Assembly: GCA_964512985.1 (NCBI GenBank)
Contig: CAZELI010000002.1
Coordinates: 11,252 to 75,251, forward strand
DNA: 64,000 nt
Direction: 5' to 3'
Origin: an uncultured Gammaproteobacteria bacterium
Lineage (GTDB): Bacteria; Cyanobacteriota; Vampirovibrionia; LMEP-6097
Notes under the pieces: generated by a model
The model's database searches: none
Told to the model about the DNA's origin: nothing
Seen by the model: the letters and a program-made list of their open reading frames with translations, nothing else
Translations under genes and position numbers: made by a program
In this document: one piece after another, positions 44,218 to 52,352 of the stretch
Layout: every line of letters begins with the position of its first letter
How positions within the stretch are numbered: the first letter of the stretch is position 1

Positions 44218-44751
44218 CTAATTCAGTAATAATGCTCTTAAGTTCTTTAATTTAGCTTTAAGGCTTGAGTCTATTACTTTATTGGCCATCTGAATTTTAA
44301 TACCTGCAATTAAAGATTCATCTATCGTATTATTGATCTCGATTTTTTTCTTAAGACCAGCTTCTAAGCTAGCTCTTATATCCTCTAGTTCATGATCTTG
44401 AAGTACTGATGCTGAGCTAACTTCAGCGAGTTCTATATTGGCTCTGGATAAATAAATCTGTTTATAATTATCAGCAAGAAGTGGCACTAAAGCAATTCTA
44501 CGTTTTTCAAGTAAAACTAATAATGTATTTAAAACTTCTTTCTGTACTTTATCTTTAAAAATCTTGTTAAGTAATTGCTGTTTAACATCGCGACCGTATT
44601 GTGGATTAGCTAAGAAACTTGTTAACTCCTGAGAGCCATTGAATGTATCCTTAACTAGAATAAGATCTTCTAATACTGTTTCACCTTCTCTTAGCTCAGC
44701 AAGAGCCTCTGCGTACTTTTTAGCGATTAAATTGTCTTTTTGGCTTTGCAT
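44218..44751 (-). CDS. atpH: F-type ATP synthase delta (OSCP) subunit
   Basis: 177 aa with an IAKKYAEALAEL start and an OSCP-like C-terminus. It follows the b subunit gene. Confidence 0.8.
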   Translation of the reverse strand: MQSQKDNLIAKKYAEALAELREGETVLEDLILVKDTFNGSQELTSFLANPQYGRDVKQQLLNKIFKDKVQKEVLNTLLVLLEKRRIALVPLLADNYKQIYLSRANIELAEVSSASVLQDHELEDIRASLEAGLKKKIEINNTIDESLIAGIKIQMANKVIDSSLKAKLKNLRALLLN

Positions 44752-44769
44752 TATTTTTAAGTTAGTGTT

Positions 44770-45264
44770 TTATTTTATTTCGGCTAAATCTTGTTTTAAT
44801 TTGGACTTAATTAGAGCATCAACTTCTGATTTCTGTAATCGTAATGCTTTCTCTGTTTCTGCTAAGGCTGCATTTGCTATTTCTTTCTTGATGCTATCTA
44901 TGGCAAGTGTTTTTTGCATCTCGATTTCTTTAGCAGCGCTTAGGTTCATCTTGTCGATTTCTAATCTAGCTTCTTCCATTACTTTATATCCAAGCTTCTC
45001 AGCAGTATCCTTAGCTGTGATAACAATTCTCTCAGCCTCAAGCTTAGTCTTCTCTATTTCTTTCTCTATTTCCTGTAGTTTTAGTTCGGCAAGCTCACGT
45101 GCTTCTTTAGCTGCTGCAATTTCTCTTTCTAATTCTTGCTTGCGTTTGCTTTGGGATTCTGGTAAAAACTTGCATAATACATAAGCTACTAGACTAAAAG
45201 CCACTGCAAAATTCAGTATGTTACTGTCAAGTATTAGTTTAAATAAATTAGTTTCTTCGTGCAT
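44770..45264 (-). CDS. atpF: F-type ATP synthase b subunit
   Basis: 164 aa with a single N-terminal TM helix followed by a long charged coiled coil. Position is between b-prime and delta. Confidence 0.7.
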   Translation of the reverse strand: MHEETNLFKLILDSNILNFAVAFSLVAYVLCKFLPESQSKRKQELEREIAAAKEARELAELKLQEIEKEIEKTKLEAERIVITAKDTAEKLGYKVMEEARLEIDKMNLSAAKEIEMQKTLAIDSIKKEIANAALAETEKALRLQKSEVDALIKSKLKQDLAEIK

Positions 45265-45726
45265 TTAAGATGTAAGTGCTTCTTTAGCTCTGGGTCTTTG
45301 AATTTCACCTAATAATTTATCGACTGAGCTGCTAACTACTTCTGCTATAAGATTATCAATATTCGATCTAATCTTGTCTGACTCTCTATTCAATCCTTCT
45401 AGACTAGTATTTAACCTATCTTGAAGCTTAATCCTATTATCATCAAGAAATTTTTGCTTGTTGACATTGGCTACTGTTAAAGCTTCGGAGACTAAACTAT
45501 GAGCCTGCTCTTTTGCTTTAGTAAGAATATTACTAGGGTTCTTAGTTAGAATTTCATCTTGAATTTGCTTTTGAAGAGACTTACTCTTCTGAAGGTTTTC
45601 TGCAATGAAATTTTCTCGCTCATTAATCACTCTGGCTAATGGATCAAAGAAGCAAAGCTTCATCAAACCCAGAAATACAATGAAGCTGAGTGTGAATAAT
45701 ACTGCGGTAAAGTCTAAATTAACCAT
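45265..45726 (-). CDS. atpG: F-type ATP synthase b-prime subunit
   Basis: 153 aa with an N-terminal TM helix then PLARVINERENFIAENL, typical of b/b-prime. Position is between c and b. Confidence 0.7.
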   Translation of the reverse strand: MVNLDFTAVLFTLSFIVFLGLMKLCFFDPLARVINERENFIAENLQKSKSLQKQIQDEILTKNPSNILTKAKEQAHSLVSEALTVANVNKQKFLDDNRIKLQDRLNTSLEGLNRESDKIRSNIDNLIAEVVSSSVDKLLGEIQRPRAKEALTS

Positions 45727-45731
45727 AATAA

Positions 45732-45799
45732 AGTGTCTAAGTGTCTGAGTGTCTGGGTGGATATGTAGCAGGCACTCACAACCCAGTCACTCAGACACT
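45732..45799. repeat. complete octamer-repeat palindromic element between atpE and the b-prime gene
   Basis: agtgtcta agtgtctg agtgtctg ggtgg - loop - cactcaca acccagtc actcagac act. The arms are largely complementary (about 17 of 19 in the best register, by eye). Confidence 0.8.
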
Positions 45800-45806
45800 G
45801 CTTAAT

Positions 45807-46043
45807 TTATCCTATTTTGTAAAATAACAAAATAGACATTAGCCAAGCAAGAATACCAAGGGCTTCCGACATACCTGCAAAAATAATTGCATTAGTAAAT
45901 AAAGAACCTGTATGTTCTGGTTGTCTTGCTGCACCTTCTAACATTTTACCAGCTACATTTCCTACTCCTAGAGCTGGTCCAGTAACTCCTAAAGCTGCAA
46001 TTCCAGTACCTATTGCTAAACCTAATGTATCTAATCCTTCCAT
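45807..46043 (-). CDS. atpE: F-type ATP synthase c subunit
   Basis: 78 aa hairpin protein with a GAARQPE loop and a carboxylate in the second helix (MSEALGI). Confidence 0.9.
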   Translation of the reverse strand: MEGLDTLGLAIGTGIAALGVTGPALGVGNVAGKMLEGAARQPEHTGSLFTNAIIFAGMSEALGILAWLMSILLFYKIG

Positions 46044-46147
46044 TGATAATTTTCTCCTCGTTGCGATTATATCAAAATACCTAAAATCAGCAAGGAAATT
46101 TGTTCTGCCTTAACTAAATCATAACTTTGATTTAGTTAGATGTACTC

Positions 46148-46504
46148 ATGAATTCATTTAGTCAACAAGGATTAGATTCTATGTTTAAGGCTCAGGGTTA
46201 CGGTAGCATGCCGCTGCCACCTGGTTTACCTGATGGACAGAAGCAATTATATGGTCACATTAGTGGCGGTAATCAAGTCTCTGGTGCGACTTTTGGCGAT
46301 ACAATCAGTCACATGTTGAATCAAGCCAACGCTACTTTGGGAAAACCAGAGCAATTAACTATTGAAGCCGTTAAAACTGGCAAGGTTGACATACATGAAG
46401 TTATGATCGCCTTAGGTAAGTCTGGAGTAGCATTTAAGCTAATTACAGCAGTAACTCAAAAAATAGTTGGAGCATTTGATAAGTTAAGTAGTATGCAAGT
46501 TTAA
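46148..46504 (+). CDS. fliE: flagellar hook-basal body protein FliE
   Basis: 118 aa with C-terminal HEVMIALGKSGVAFKLITAVTQKIVGAFDKLSSMQV, matching the FliE C-terminal pattern ending in MQV. Confidence 0.75.
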   Translation: MNSFSQQGLDSMFKAQGYGSMPLPPGLPDGQKQLYGHISGGNQVSGATFGDTISHMLNQANATLGKPEQLTIEAVKTGKVDIHEVMIALGKSGVAFKLITAVTQKIVGAFDKLSSMQV

Positions 46505-46636
46505 TCTTATATAAGTAAGGTGCAATACTTGGTAAATAACATATCTTTAATTTATTCTGCTTCCTATGAGTTAATAAGGGGAATAAAATCCCTAGGCTTT
46601 TGTAACAAGGAAGCTGGAGAATAAACGCGCAAAATC

Positions 46637-48373
46637 ATGGCAGGCGAGGTCACAACAGGACAAGATTTAGATTTAGGTACAGGTGGAATAGCTGGCCCTA
46701 AAACCGCTGGTGTGCAGGGATTTTTTCAAGATATTTTTACAGATCCACAAAAACGTATATATGCAATTATTGCAGGTGTTGTTCTTTTGGCATTGTTTAG
46801 TTTTATGATTTTTTCTGTACCTAAATCAGATGAGAATAAAGGTAAATTAGTTAACTTAGTTCAAGAAACAGATCAAGCTAGAGCATTTGAAATAGTTGCC
46901 AAACTTAAGTCAGTAAACATCGACGCTAAAGTTGGTCCAGGTGAGAGACCGGGCGACTACACAGTGCAAGTTTATGAGAAAGCCGTAGAAAGTTCTTACT
47001 TAGCATTGGCTAGAACTAATTTATTGCAAGATGATGATTACGGTTTGTTTGATTCTAATGATTGGGCATCGAGTGATTATGACAAACGCATCAAGCTATC
47101 ACGTGCTATTAATGGTGATCTTTCAAGAATTCTCTCACGTATGGATGGACTTAAGTCCGCTATTGTTAGGGTTAACATCCCTGAACAACAAATATTTACT
47201 GAGTTACAGTCAGCAACAACAGCAACTGTACAGATTGAGTTATTAAATGAAGGTGATGAGTTAACTAAGTCTCAAATCAAAAGTATTGTAAATTTACTTA
47301 GAGGTTATGTTCCTAATCTTGATAAAGAGAAGATTTCTATCGTAGATACTCAAGGACGTAACTATAATATTTTTAAAGAAGATGATGAATCTGACACTGA
47401 GAACTATATTGATGAAGTAGAAAGAGTTAATAAGCTCATTAAAGAGAGAGTAGCTAAATATTTAGATGTAGTTTTAGGTCCTAAAAATTATGAAGTAAGT
47501 ATCAGTGCTTCAGTTAGTCGCGAGAAAGTAGAACAACAAGAAACTTTATATAAAGAAGGTGCAGTTGGTTCAAGACATACTGATTCAGAGGTACTAGTCG
47601 CTGGTTCTAATCCTAATGTGGCTGGACCAGGCGGTGGCGGTAATAGTAAAGATTATAGTTCTCAATCTGTGAATGAAACATTGCTTCCAAGTTTTGAACA
47701 GAAGCAAGTAACTTATTTACCAGGTCGCGTTACTAAAGTAACAGTAGCACTTGCAGTAGATAAAACTATACCAACTATGATCTCACTATCTCAATTACGT
47801 GAGAGTGTTGCTGCGGTGATTGGACCAGAAGCTACAGCTGAAGATGTGAAGCTTACTATTATTGATATGAATGCAATGAATGCTAATGCTGGTGCTATAG
47901 CTGTCGCTAAACCTACTTTCATTCAGCATATAAGTAATTTCTTCCGTGGTGGTATTTGGAGTGTCATCATGAAGATCTTTACTATAATCGCTATCATTAT
48001 CGGTTTACTATTAGTGGCAATTATAAGTCTAAATTTCTTAAGTGCAGCTGCTAATAAGAATTATACGGAGGTTGATCCAAGCTTAGCTAATGAGTTTGGT
48101 CAAGTGATGAATGATGAAGCTGGTGGAGTAGATTATGGTGAAGCTGCAGCTTTAGCTCAACAAGAAGCGCTCCTGAAAGAAATGATGGGAGAGTCTTTTG
48201 AACCGACTGCAATACCAAAGGGACAAGCTAGTTCTTACTCAAGTGAGAATCCAGTAGAGCAAGAAGATAAAATGCAGTTTGATAATTTATTGAATAATTT
48301 TCAGTCAGTGGCTAGTAGCAAGCCAGATATACTGGCGCGCAAAATACAAATGTGGCTGGAAGAAGATTCTTAA
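46637..48373 (+). CDS. fliF: flagellar MS-ring protein FliF
   Basis: 578 aa with an N-terminal TM helix, the LSRILSRMDGLKSAIVRVNIPEQQIF (YscJ/FliF) motif, a second TM helix near residue 440 and a C-terminal cytoplasmic tail. Confidence 0.85.
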   Translation: MAGEVTTGQDLDLGTGGIAGPKTAGVQGFFQDIFTDPQKRIYAIIAGVVLLALFSFMIFSVPKSDENKGKLVNLVQETDQARAFEIVAKLKSVNIDAKVGPGERPGDYTVQVYEKAVESSYLALARTNLLQDDDYGLFDSNDWASSDYDKRIKLSRAINGDLSRILSRMDGLKSAIVRVNIPEQQIFTELQSATTATVQIELLNEGDELTKSQIKSIVNLLRGYVPNLDKEKISIVDTQGRNYNIFKEDDESDTENYIDEVERVNKLIKERVAKYLDVVLGPKNYEVSISASVSREKVEQQETLYKEGAVGSRHTDSEVLVAGSNPNVAGPGGGGNSKDYSSQSVNETLLPSFEQKQVTYLPGRVTKVTVALAVDKTIPTMISLSQLRESVAAVIGPEATAEDVKLTIIDMNAMNANAGAIAVAKPTFIQHISNFFRGGIWSVIMKIFTIIAIIIGLLLVAIISLNFLSAAANKNYTEVDPSLANEFGQVMNDEAGGVDYGEAAALAQQEALLKEMMGESFEPTAIPKGQASSYSSENPVEQEDKMQFDNLLNNFQSVASSKPDILARKIQMWLEEDS

Positions 48374-48402
48374 AATGAAAAGTGAGAGGAGTAGGGTTAT
48401 AA

Positions 48403-48777
48403 ATGAAATTAGAAAGAAAATTAAAATCCTTAGCACTAATTCTTAGATCGTTACCTCCTTCAATTCAGAAAGCGATTTTTGAACAATTACCATTACCCCT
48501 GGTACAACGTATTAGTGATGTGGACTTAACTATAGATGAAACCTTATCTCAAGAAGATTGGGATTATTTCGCTCAATCTTGGCCTGAGTTCTATAAGCTA
48601 ATAGAGAATGTTAGGCATGAATCTAAATTAGAGAGGAGTCATGAATATCTCGAATCTGAAAGACCTAAAGTGAGAGAGTATATTGAGTATCGTTTAAATA
48701 AACGCAATAATAGACCTAATCTTTCTCATGCCATTGCCAGAATAATTGATGAAATGGTCTTGGAGTTTAAGTCGTAG
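48403..48777 (+). CDS. short helical protein in the fliG position; possible FliG N-terminal-domain-only protein
   Basis: 124 aa at the synteny position between fliF and fliH. It has a helical repeat pattern (LALILRSLPPSIQKAIFEQLPLPLVQRIS) resembling FliG-N. There is no middle or C-terminal torque domain. Confidence 0.4.
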   Translation: MKLERKLKSLALILRSLPPSIQKAIFEQLPLPLVQRISDVDLTIDETLSQEDWDYFAQSWPEFYKLIENVRHESKLERSHEYLESERPKVREYIEYRLNKRNNRPNLSHAIARIIDEMVLEFKS

Positions 48778-50126
48778 TGATTATCAAGCGAAAAATTCTC
48801 AAGTCTATTTATGGTGAGGATATTCTTCCCTTAGATTTGAAATTAGTTACTAAACTACAACCGAAGCAATTTGATAGTAATTCTTCTCCGCATCAAGCAC
48901 AAGAGCAATCTATAGATGCATTGGCTGAAGATCTAGTACAAGCGAGGGTAGATGAGTTATATGCTCAGAAAGAAGCTGAAGTAGCTGAGATCGAAAAGCA
49001 AGCTCAAGCAGATATTCAGAAGGCACTAGATGATTCTAAGGTTCTTGCGCAGCAGATCTTAGATGATGCGCAGCTTCAAGCTAATAATTTAACTAATCAG
49101 GCTTTAGCCGTGATTGAGAAGCAGAAACAAGAGATTAGTAAGCTAGCTAAAACTGAATCTGAGCGAGGTTTCAAGGAGGGCATGGCAAAAGCCGATATTT
49201 ATATCCGCGACTTGATGAAAATGCTTGCTAGTTTTAATAATGCCAAAAAAGATATTTTATTAGAAGTGAAGAATGAAATTGCTAGCCTTGCAATCCATGT
49301 AGTAAGGCAAATATTCAAAAGAGAAGTACAAATTAATCCTGAACTGCTGGAAGAGCAAATACTTAAAGCAGTAAACCTTGTTTCTGATGGTAAAGGAATC
49401 ATTCAGGTTTATCTTAATCCAATAGATCAGGCTAAGGCAGTTTTTCTAGAACAGAATTTGTCTAAACTTATTGATGAGTCTATAAAGTTAATATTCTTAA
49501 AGGACGAAACTGTCGATGAAGGTTCTTGTATTATCAATACTAAAGGTGGCAGCTTAGATGTAAGTTTTTCAAGCCAAATTGAGCTAATAAAAGTTGCCTT
49601 TGAAATGTATTTAGGGCATAAAATTGAAGAGATCCCTGAACCTAATGAGTTGAGTGGGTCCGATCAAGCAGAGACAGAATCAATGCGAGTAGATCCAGAT
49701 AAAATTATAAAAACTAAATTCGGCCCGATTAAAGAGCCATCAGATGAAGACCTTGAAATGATAGAACTTGAAGCGGATGAGTTTGATGATCTTATTATTG
49801 ATGATGATTTAGATGCCTTACTTAAAGAAGTAATGATGGAAGATGGTGCTGATATTAAAGATGAAGATGTTATAAAAACCGATGATGATATACCCCTTTC
49901 GGAAATTGAAGATGAAAATTATAATAAGAATGATAAAAATGAGGAGGAGATAACATTGAGTTACGATGATGATGACGATAGTTTAGACCTCGATGAGGAT
50001 AAAGACGATTTAGCTGACGATGATGATTTAGATCTTGATATGGATGAGTTTGATGAACTTGCTGATGATCCAGAAGCTGGTGGAGATGATGATTCTGGCA
50101 TGGATGAGCGTTTCCCAGAGTACTAA
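48777..50126 (+). CDS. fliH: FliH-like flagellar export regulator with a long acidic C-terminal extension
   Basis: An N-terminal coiled coil (AQKEAEVAEIEKQAQADIQKALDD) is followed by the FliH/NtpE-like core (ERGFKEGMAKA...IASLAIHVVRQIFKREV) and about 165 aa of D/E-rich tail. GTG start overlapping the previous stop. Confidence 0.65.
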   Translation: MIIKRKILKSIYGEDILPLDLKLVTKLQPKQFDSNSSPHQAQEQSIDALAEDLVQARVDELYAQKEAEVAEIEKQAQADIQKALDDSKVLAQQILDDAQLQANNLTNQALAVIEKQKQEISKLAKTESERGFKEGMAKADIYIRDLMKMLASFNNAKKDILLEVKNEIASLAIHVVRQIFKREVQINPELLEEQILKAVNLVSDGKGIIQVYLNPIDQAKAVFLEQNLSKLIDESIKLIFLKDETVDEGSCIINTKGGSLDVSFSSQIELIKVAFEMYLGHKIEEIPEPNELSGSDQAETESMRVDPDKIIKTKFGPIKEPSDEDLEMIELEADEFDDLIIDDDLDALLKEVMMEDGADIKDEDVIKTDDDIPLSEIEDENYNKNDKNEEEITLSYDDDDDSLDLDEDKDDLADDDDLDLDMDEFDELADDPEAGGDDDSGMDERFPEY

Positions 50127-50704
50127 AACACTTGAGTAACTGTTTCTACTATATCTGGCACTTCAGCAAGTAGTGCACGTTCTACTCCCATCTTCATAGT
50201 CATAAGTGCGCTAGGACAAGTACCACAAGCGCCAACCATGCGTAAGCGTACATCAGTTCCTACTAAGTCTACAAATTCAATATTACCGCCATCAGAAACT
50301 AAAGCAGGACGAATCTTGTCTAGTACCGCTTCTATGCGCGCTCTAGTGTCACCTTCAGCACCAGGCTTGACTTCAGCAATAGCTGGTTTATTAGCTTCAG
50401 CCCAACTACGCATATCATCGATAGAAGTCTTGATGATGTTCTTAATTTCCATGTGAACATCTTTCCAATTAATATGTTCTTCTTTGTCAACAGTAACGAA
50501 GTTTGACATGATAAATACTTTGATTACACCTTCAATGCCAAACAAGCTTTCTGCAAGTTTATTACCAGCTGTTTGGGCTTCCTTGATACTTAGGTAACTC
50601 AAGGATTGAGGGTAAGGGTATAGAGTCTCACTTGAGATAAATTTAAGCGAGTTAGGATTAGGGGTATATTCAGCGCGAACTGTTACTTCTAGAGAGTTGG
50701 TCAT
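50123..50704 (-). CDS. nfuA: Nfu-type Fe-S cluster scaffold (Nfu_N + NifU C-terminal domain)
   Basis: TPNPNSLKF N-domain and GGNIEFVDL...GACGTCPSALMTMKMGVERAL CxxC motif. Confidence 0.8.
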   Translation of the reverse strand: MTNSLEVTVRAEYTPNPNSLKFISSETLYPYPQSLSYLSIKEAQTAGNKLAESLFGIEGVIKVFIMSNFVTVDKEEHINWKDVHMEIKNIIKTSIDDMRSWAEANKPAIAEVKPGAEGDTRARIEAVLDKIRPALVSDGGNIEFVDLVGTDVRLRMVGACGTCPSALMTMKMGVERALLAEVPDIVETVTQVF

Positions 50705-50763
50705 AATTAGTATTGTAGCATTTTATTGACTTTCTTAGGTATTTTATAGTTCTTTACATTTAT

Positions 50764-50846
50764 AACTACTATAGAATATATAGCCTAACTACTATAAATT
50801 ATATAGTGCAACTACTATAAAAAATATGGTATAACTACTATATATA
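50764..50846 (+). repeat. four phased 23 bp direct repeats directly upstream of the fic start codon
   Basis: aactactata starts at 50764, 50787, 50810 and 50833, an exact 23 bp spacing. The units also share downstream A/T-rich similarity (aactactata-r-aa-w-atata). Confidence 0.75.
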
Positions 50847-52322
50847 ATGGTTAACCTTAAGGAACTAGAACGAGATGCTAAAGTTTGGCTCAATAAGGAG
50901 CTCAAGAAATCTAGAATTGTATTTGAGAAGCAAACAATACCAAGTGAAATATATAACTATCTTAAAACTAAATCTTTAATTGCTGATCTTACAAAACAAT
51001 ATGTTTTTATTAAATCAGAATATGATAATGAAATAAATGCTTTTCGTAATAATTTCTGGTTGATAATTTTTCAATATCTAAATTTAGCCTTTGATAATAA
51101 TTGGTATTTAACTGGTCATTATGCTTATAAATTTATGGTGGAAGATTTTAGTCTAGCAAGTAAACAGTTAACAATATCTACGCAAGCTAAATCCAATCGT
51201 ATGCTTAGTTTACTTGATGGTGTTCAGATACTTGCTAGCTATGATAAAGATTTTGAAAGTAAGCCTTTAATTAGTAAAAGTTTCTTTGATGAAAAGATTG
51301 AATTATTAAAACCAGAATATTTATTAATCAATTCTAGTAAAAATGATTACCATAATTATAAATCTGAATTAATATCTATTATTAAAAGTTCTGAACGTGA
51401 TGAAGCTTATATAGTGAATTACTTTACAGAAAACAGTTCACCAGTTTTACTTACAAGATTAATAGGAGCACTTAGAGATTTAGAAGACTTTACTCTTAGG
51501 ATTGAGCTTGAAGAGTTGCTTAAGCTCTCTGGCACACAGATTAAGATAGAGAGTCCTTTTGATAGTTTTATTCTACTAGAATCAAGTGAAAGACCTGCCT
51601 ATCTTGCTAGGTTTGAGATATCGATGACTAAAGCGATAGAAACCCTATCTAAGCTGAAAAAACCAAAGCGTTTAAGTAAGAGATTTACTGTTGAAGATCT
51701 CGATGCGATAGTTATCGATGAAACCTACCATAGTTTAACCATAGAGGGTTATACCGTAACTCGTGCTTTAATTGAATTTTTACAAAACGAAGAATCCTTA
51801 AATAATGCTAGTGAACTACGAGATCAACTGGCTGCTAAGGGTTTTATGAATGCTCTTGCTTATATTCGTAAATTGATTACGGCTAAATTTGTTATTCATG
51901 AAAATCTAGCAAAAAAACTCTTCGAAGAACTCTGGAAACCTAGTATTAATGCTGGTTCTATTAATACTAAGTTTGATATTTATCGTAAACATATGGTGGC
52001 TATTAAAGGCGCGCAGTATGTGCCACCTAGTCATGAGAAAGTACCTTATATGATAGATGAGGTTTTTGATTATGCTCGTAAGATTACTAATGGATTTGAG
52101 CTGGCAATATTCTTGCATTATTTTTATGTGGGAGTACATCCTCACGCTGACGGTAATGGACGTATTTCTCGTTTCTTGATGAACCTTGCTTTGATCCAGG
52201 ATAAATATCATTGGCTTACTATTCCGTCTGAAGATCGTAAGAATTATTTTGGTGCTTTAGAACGCTCTCAGTTAGAGGATGATATTAGTTATTTTGCGGA
52301 GTATATTGTTAGTCAATATTAA
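50847..52322 (+). CDS. fic: Fic-domain protein with an internal inhibitory-helix motif
   Basis: The active-site motif HPHADGNGRISRF follows the HxFx(D/E)GNGRxxR pattern. An upstream SLTIEG matches the (S/T)xxxE(G/N) auto-inhibition motif. A large N-terminal region of about 290 aa is unassigned. Confidence 0.8.
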   Translation: MVNLKELERDAKVWLNKELKKSRIVFEKQTIPSEIYNYLKTKSLIADLTKQYVFIKSEYDNEINAFRNNFWLIIFQYLNLAFDNNWYLTGHYAYKFMVEDFSLASKQLTISTQAKSNRMLSLLDGVQILASYDKDFESKPLISKSFFDEKIELLKPEYLLINSSKNDYHNYKSELISIIKSSERDEAYIVNYFTENSSPVLLTRLIGALRDLEDFTLRIELEELLKLSGTQIKIESPFDSFILLESSERPAYLARFEISMTKAIETLSKLKKPKRLSKRFTVEDLDAIVIDETYHSLTIEGYTVTRALIEFLQNEESLNNASELRDQLAAKGFMNALAYIRKLITAKFVIHENLAKKLFEELWKPSINAGSINTKFDIYRKHMVAIKGAQYVPPSHEKVPYMIDEVFDYARKITNGFELAIFLHYFYVGVHPHADGNGRISRFLMNLALIQDKYHWLTIPSEDRKNYFGALERSQLEDDISYFAEYIVSQY

Positions 52323-52352
52323 AAGCTGTTATGATATCTAACGAGATTATTA

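Noticed and set aside
44639-45184. 181 aa plus-strand ORF across atpH/atpF
   Set aside because: It is antisense to two ATP synthase stalk genes. Serine- and alanine-rich shadows of coiled-coil codons are expected.
49620-50126. Repetitive GAT/GAA-rich DNA at the end of fliH as a DNA-level repeat element
   Set aside because: This is codon-level low complexity encoding a D/E-rich tail. There is no fixed repeat unit.
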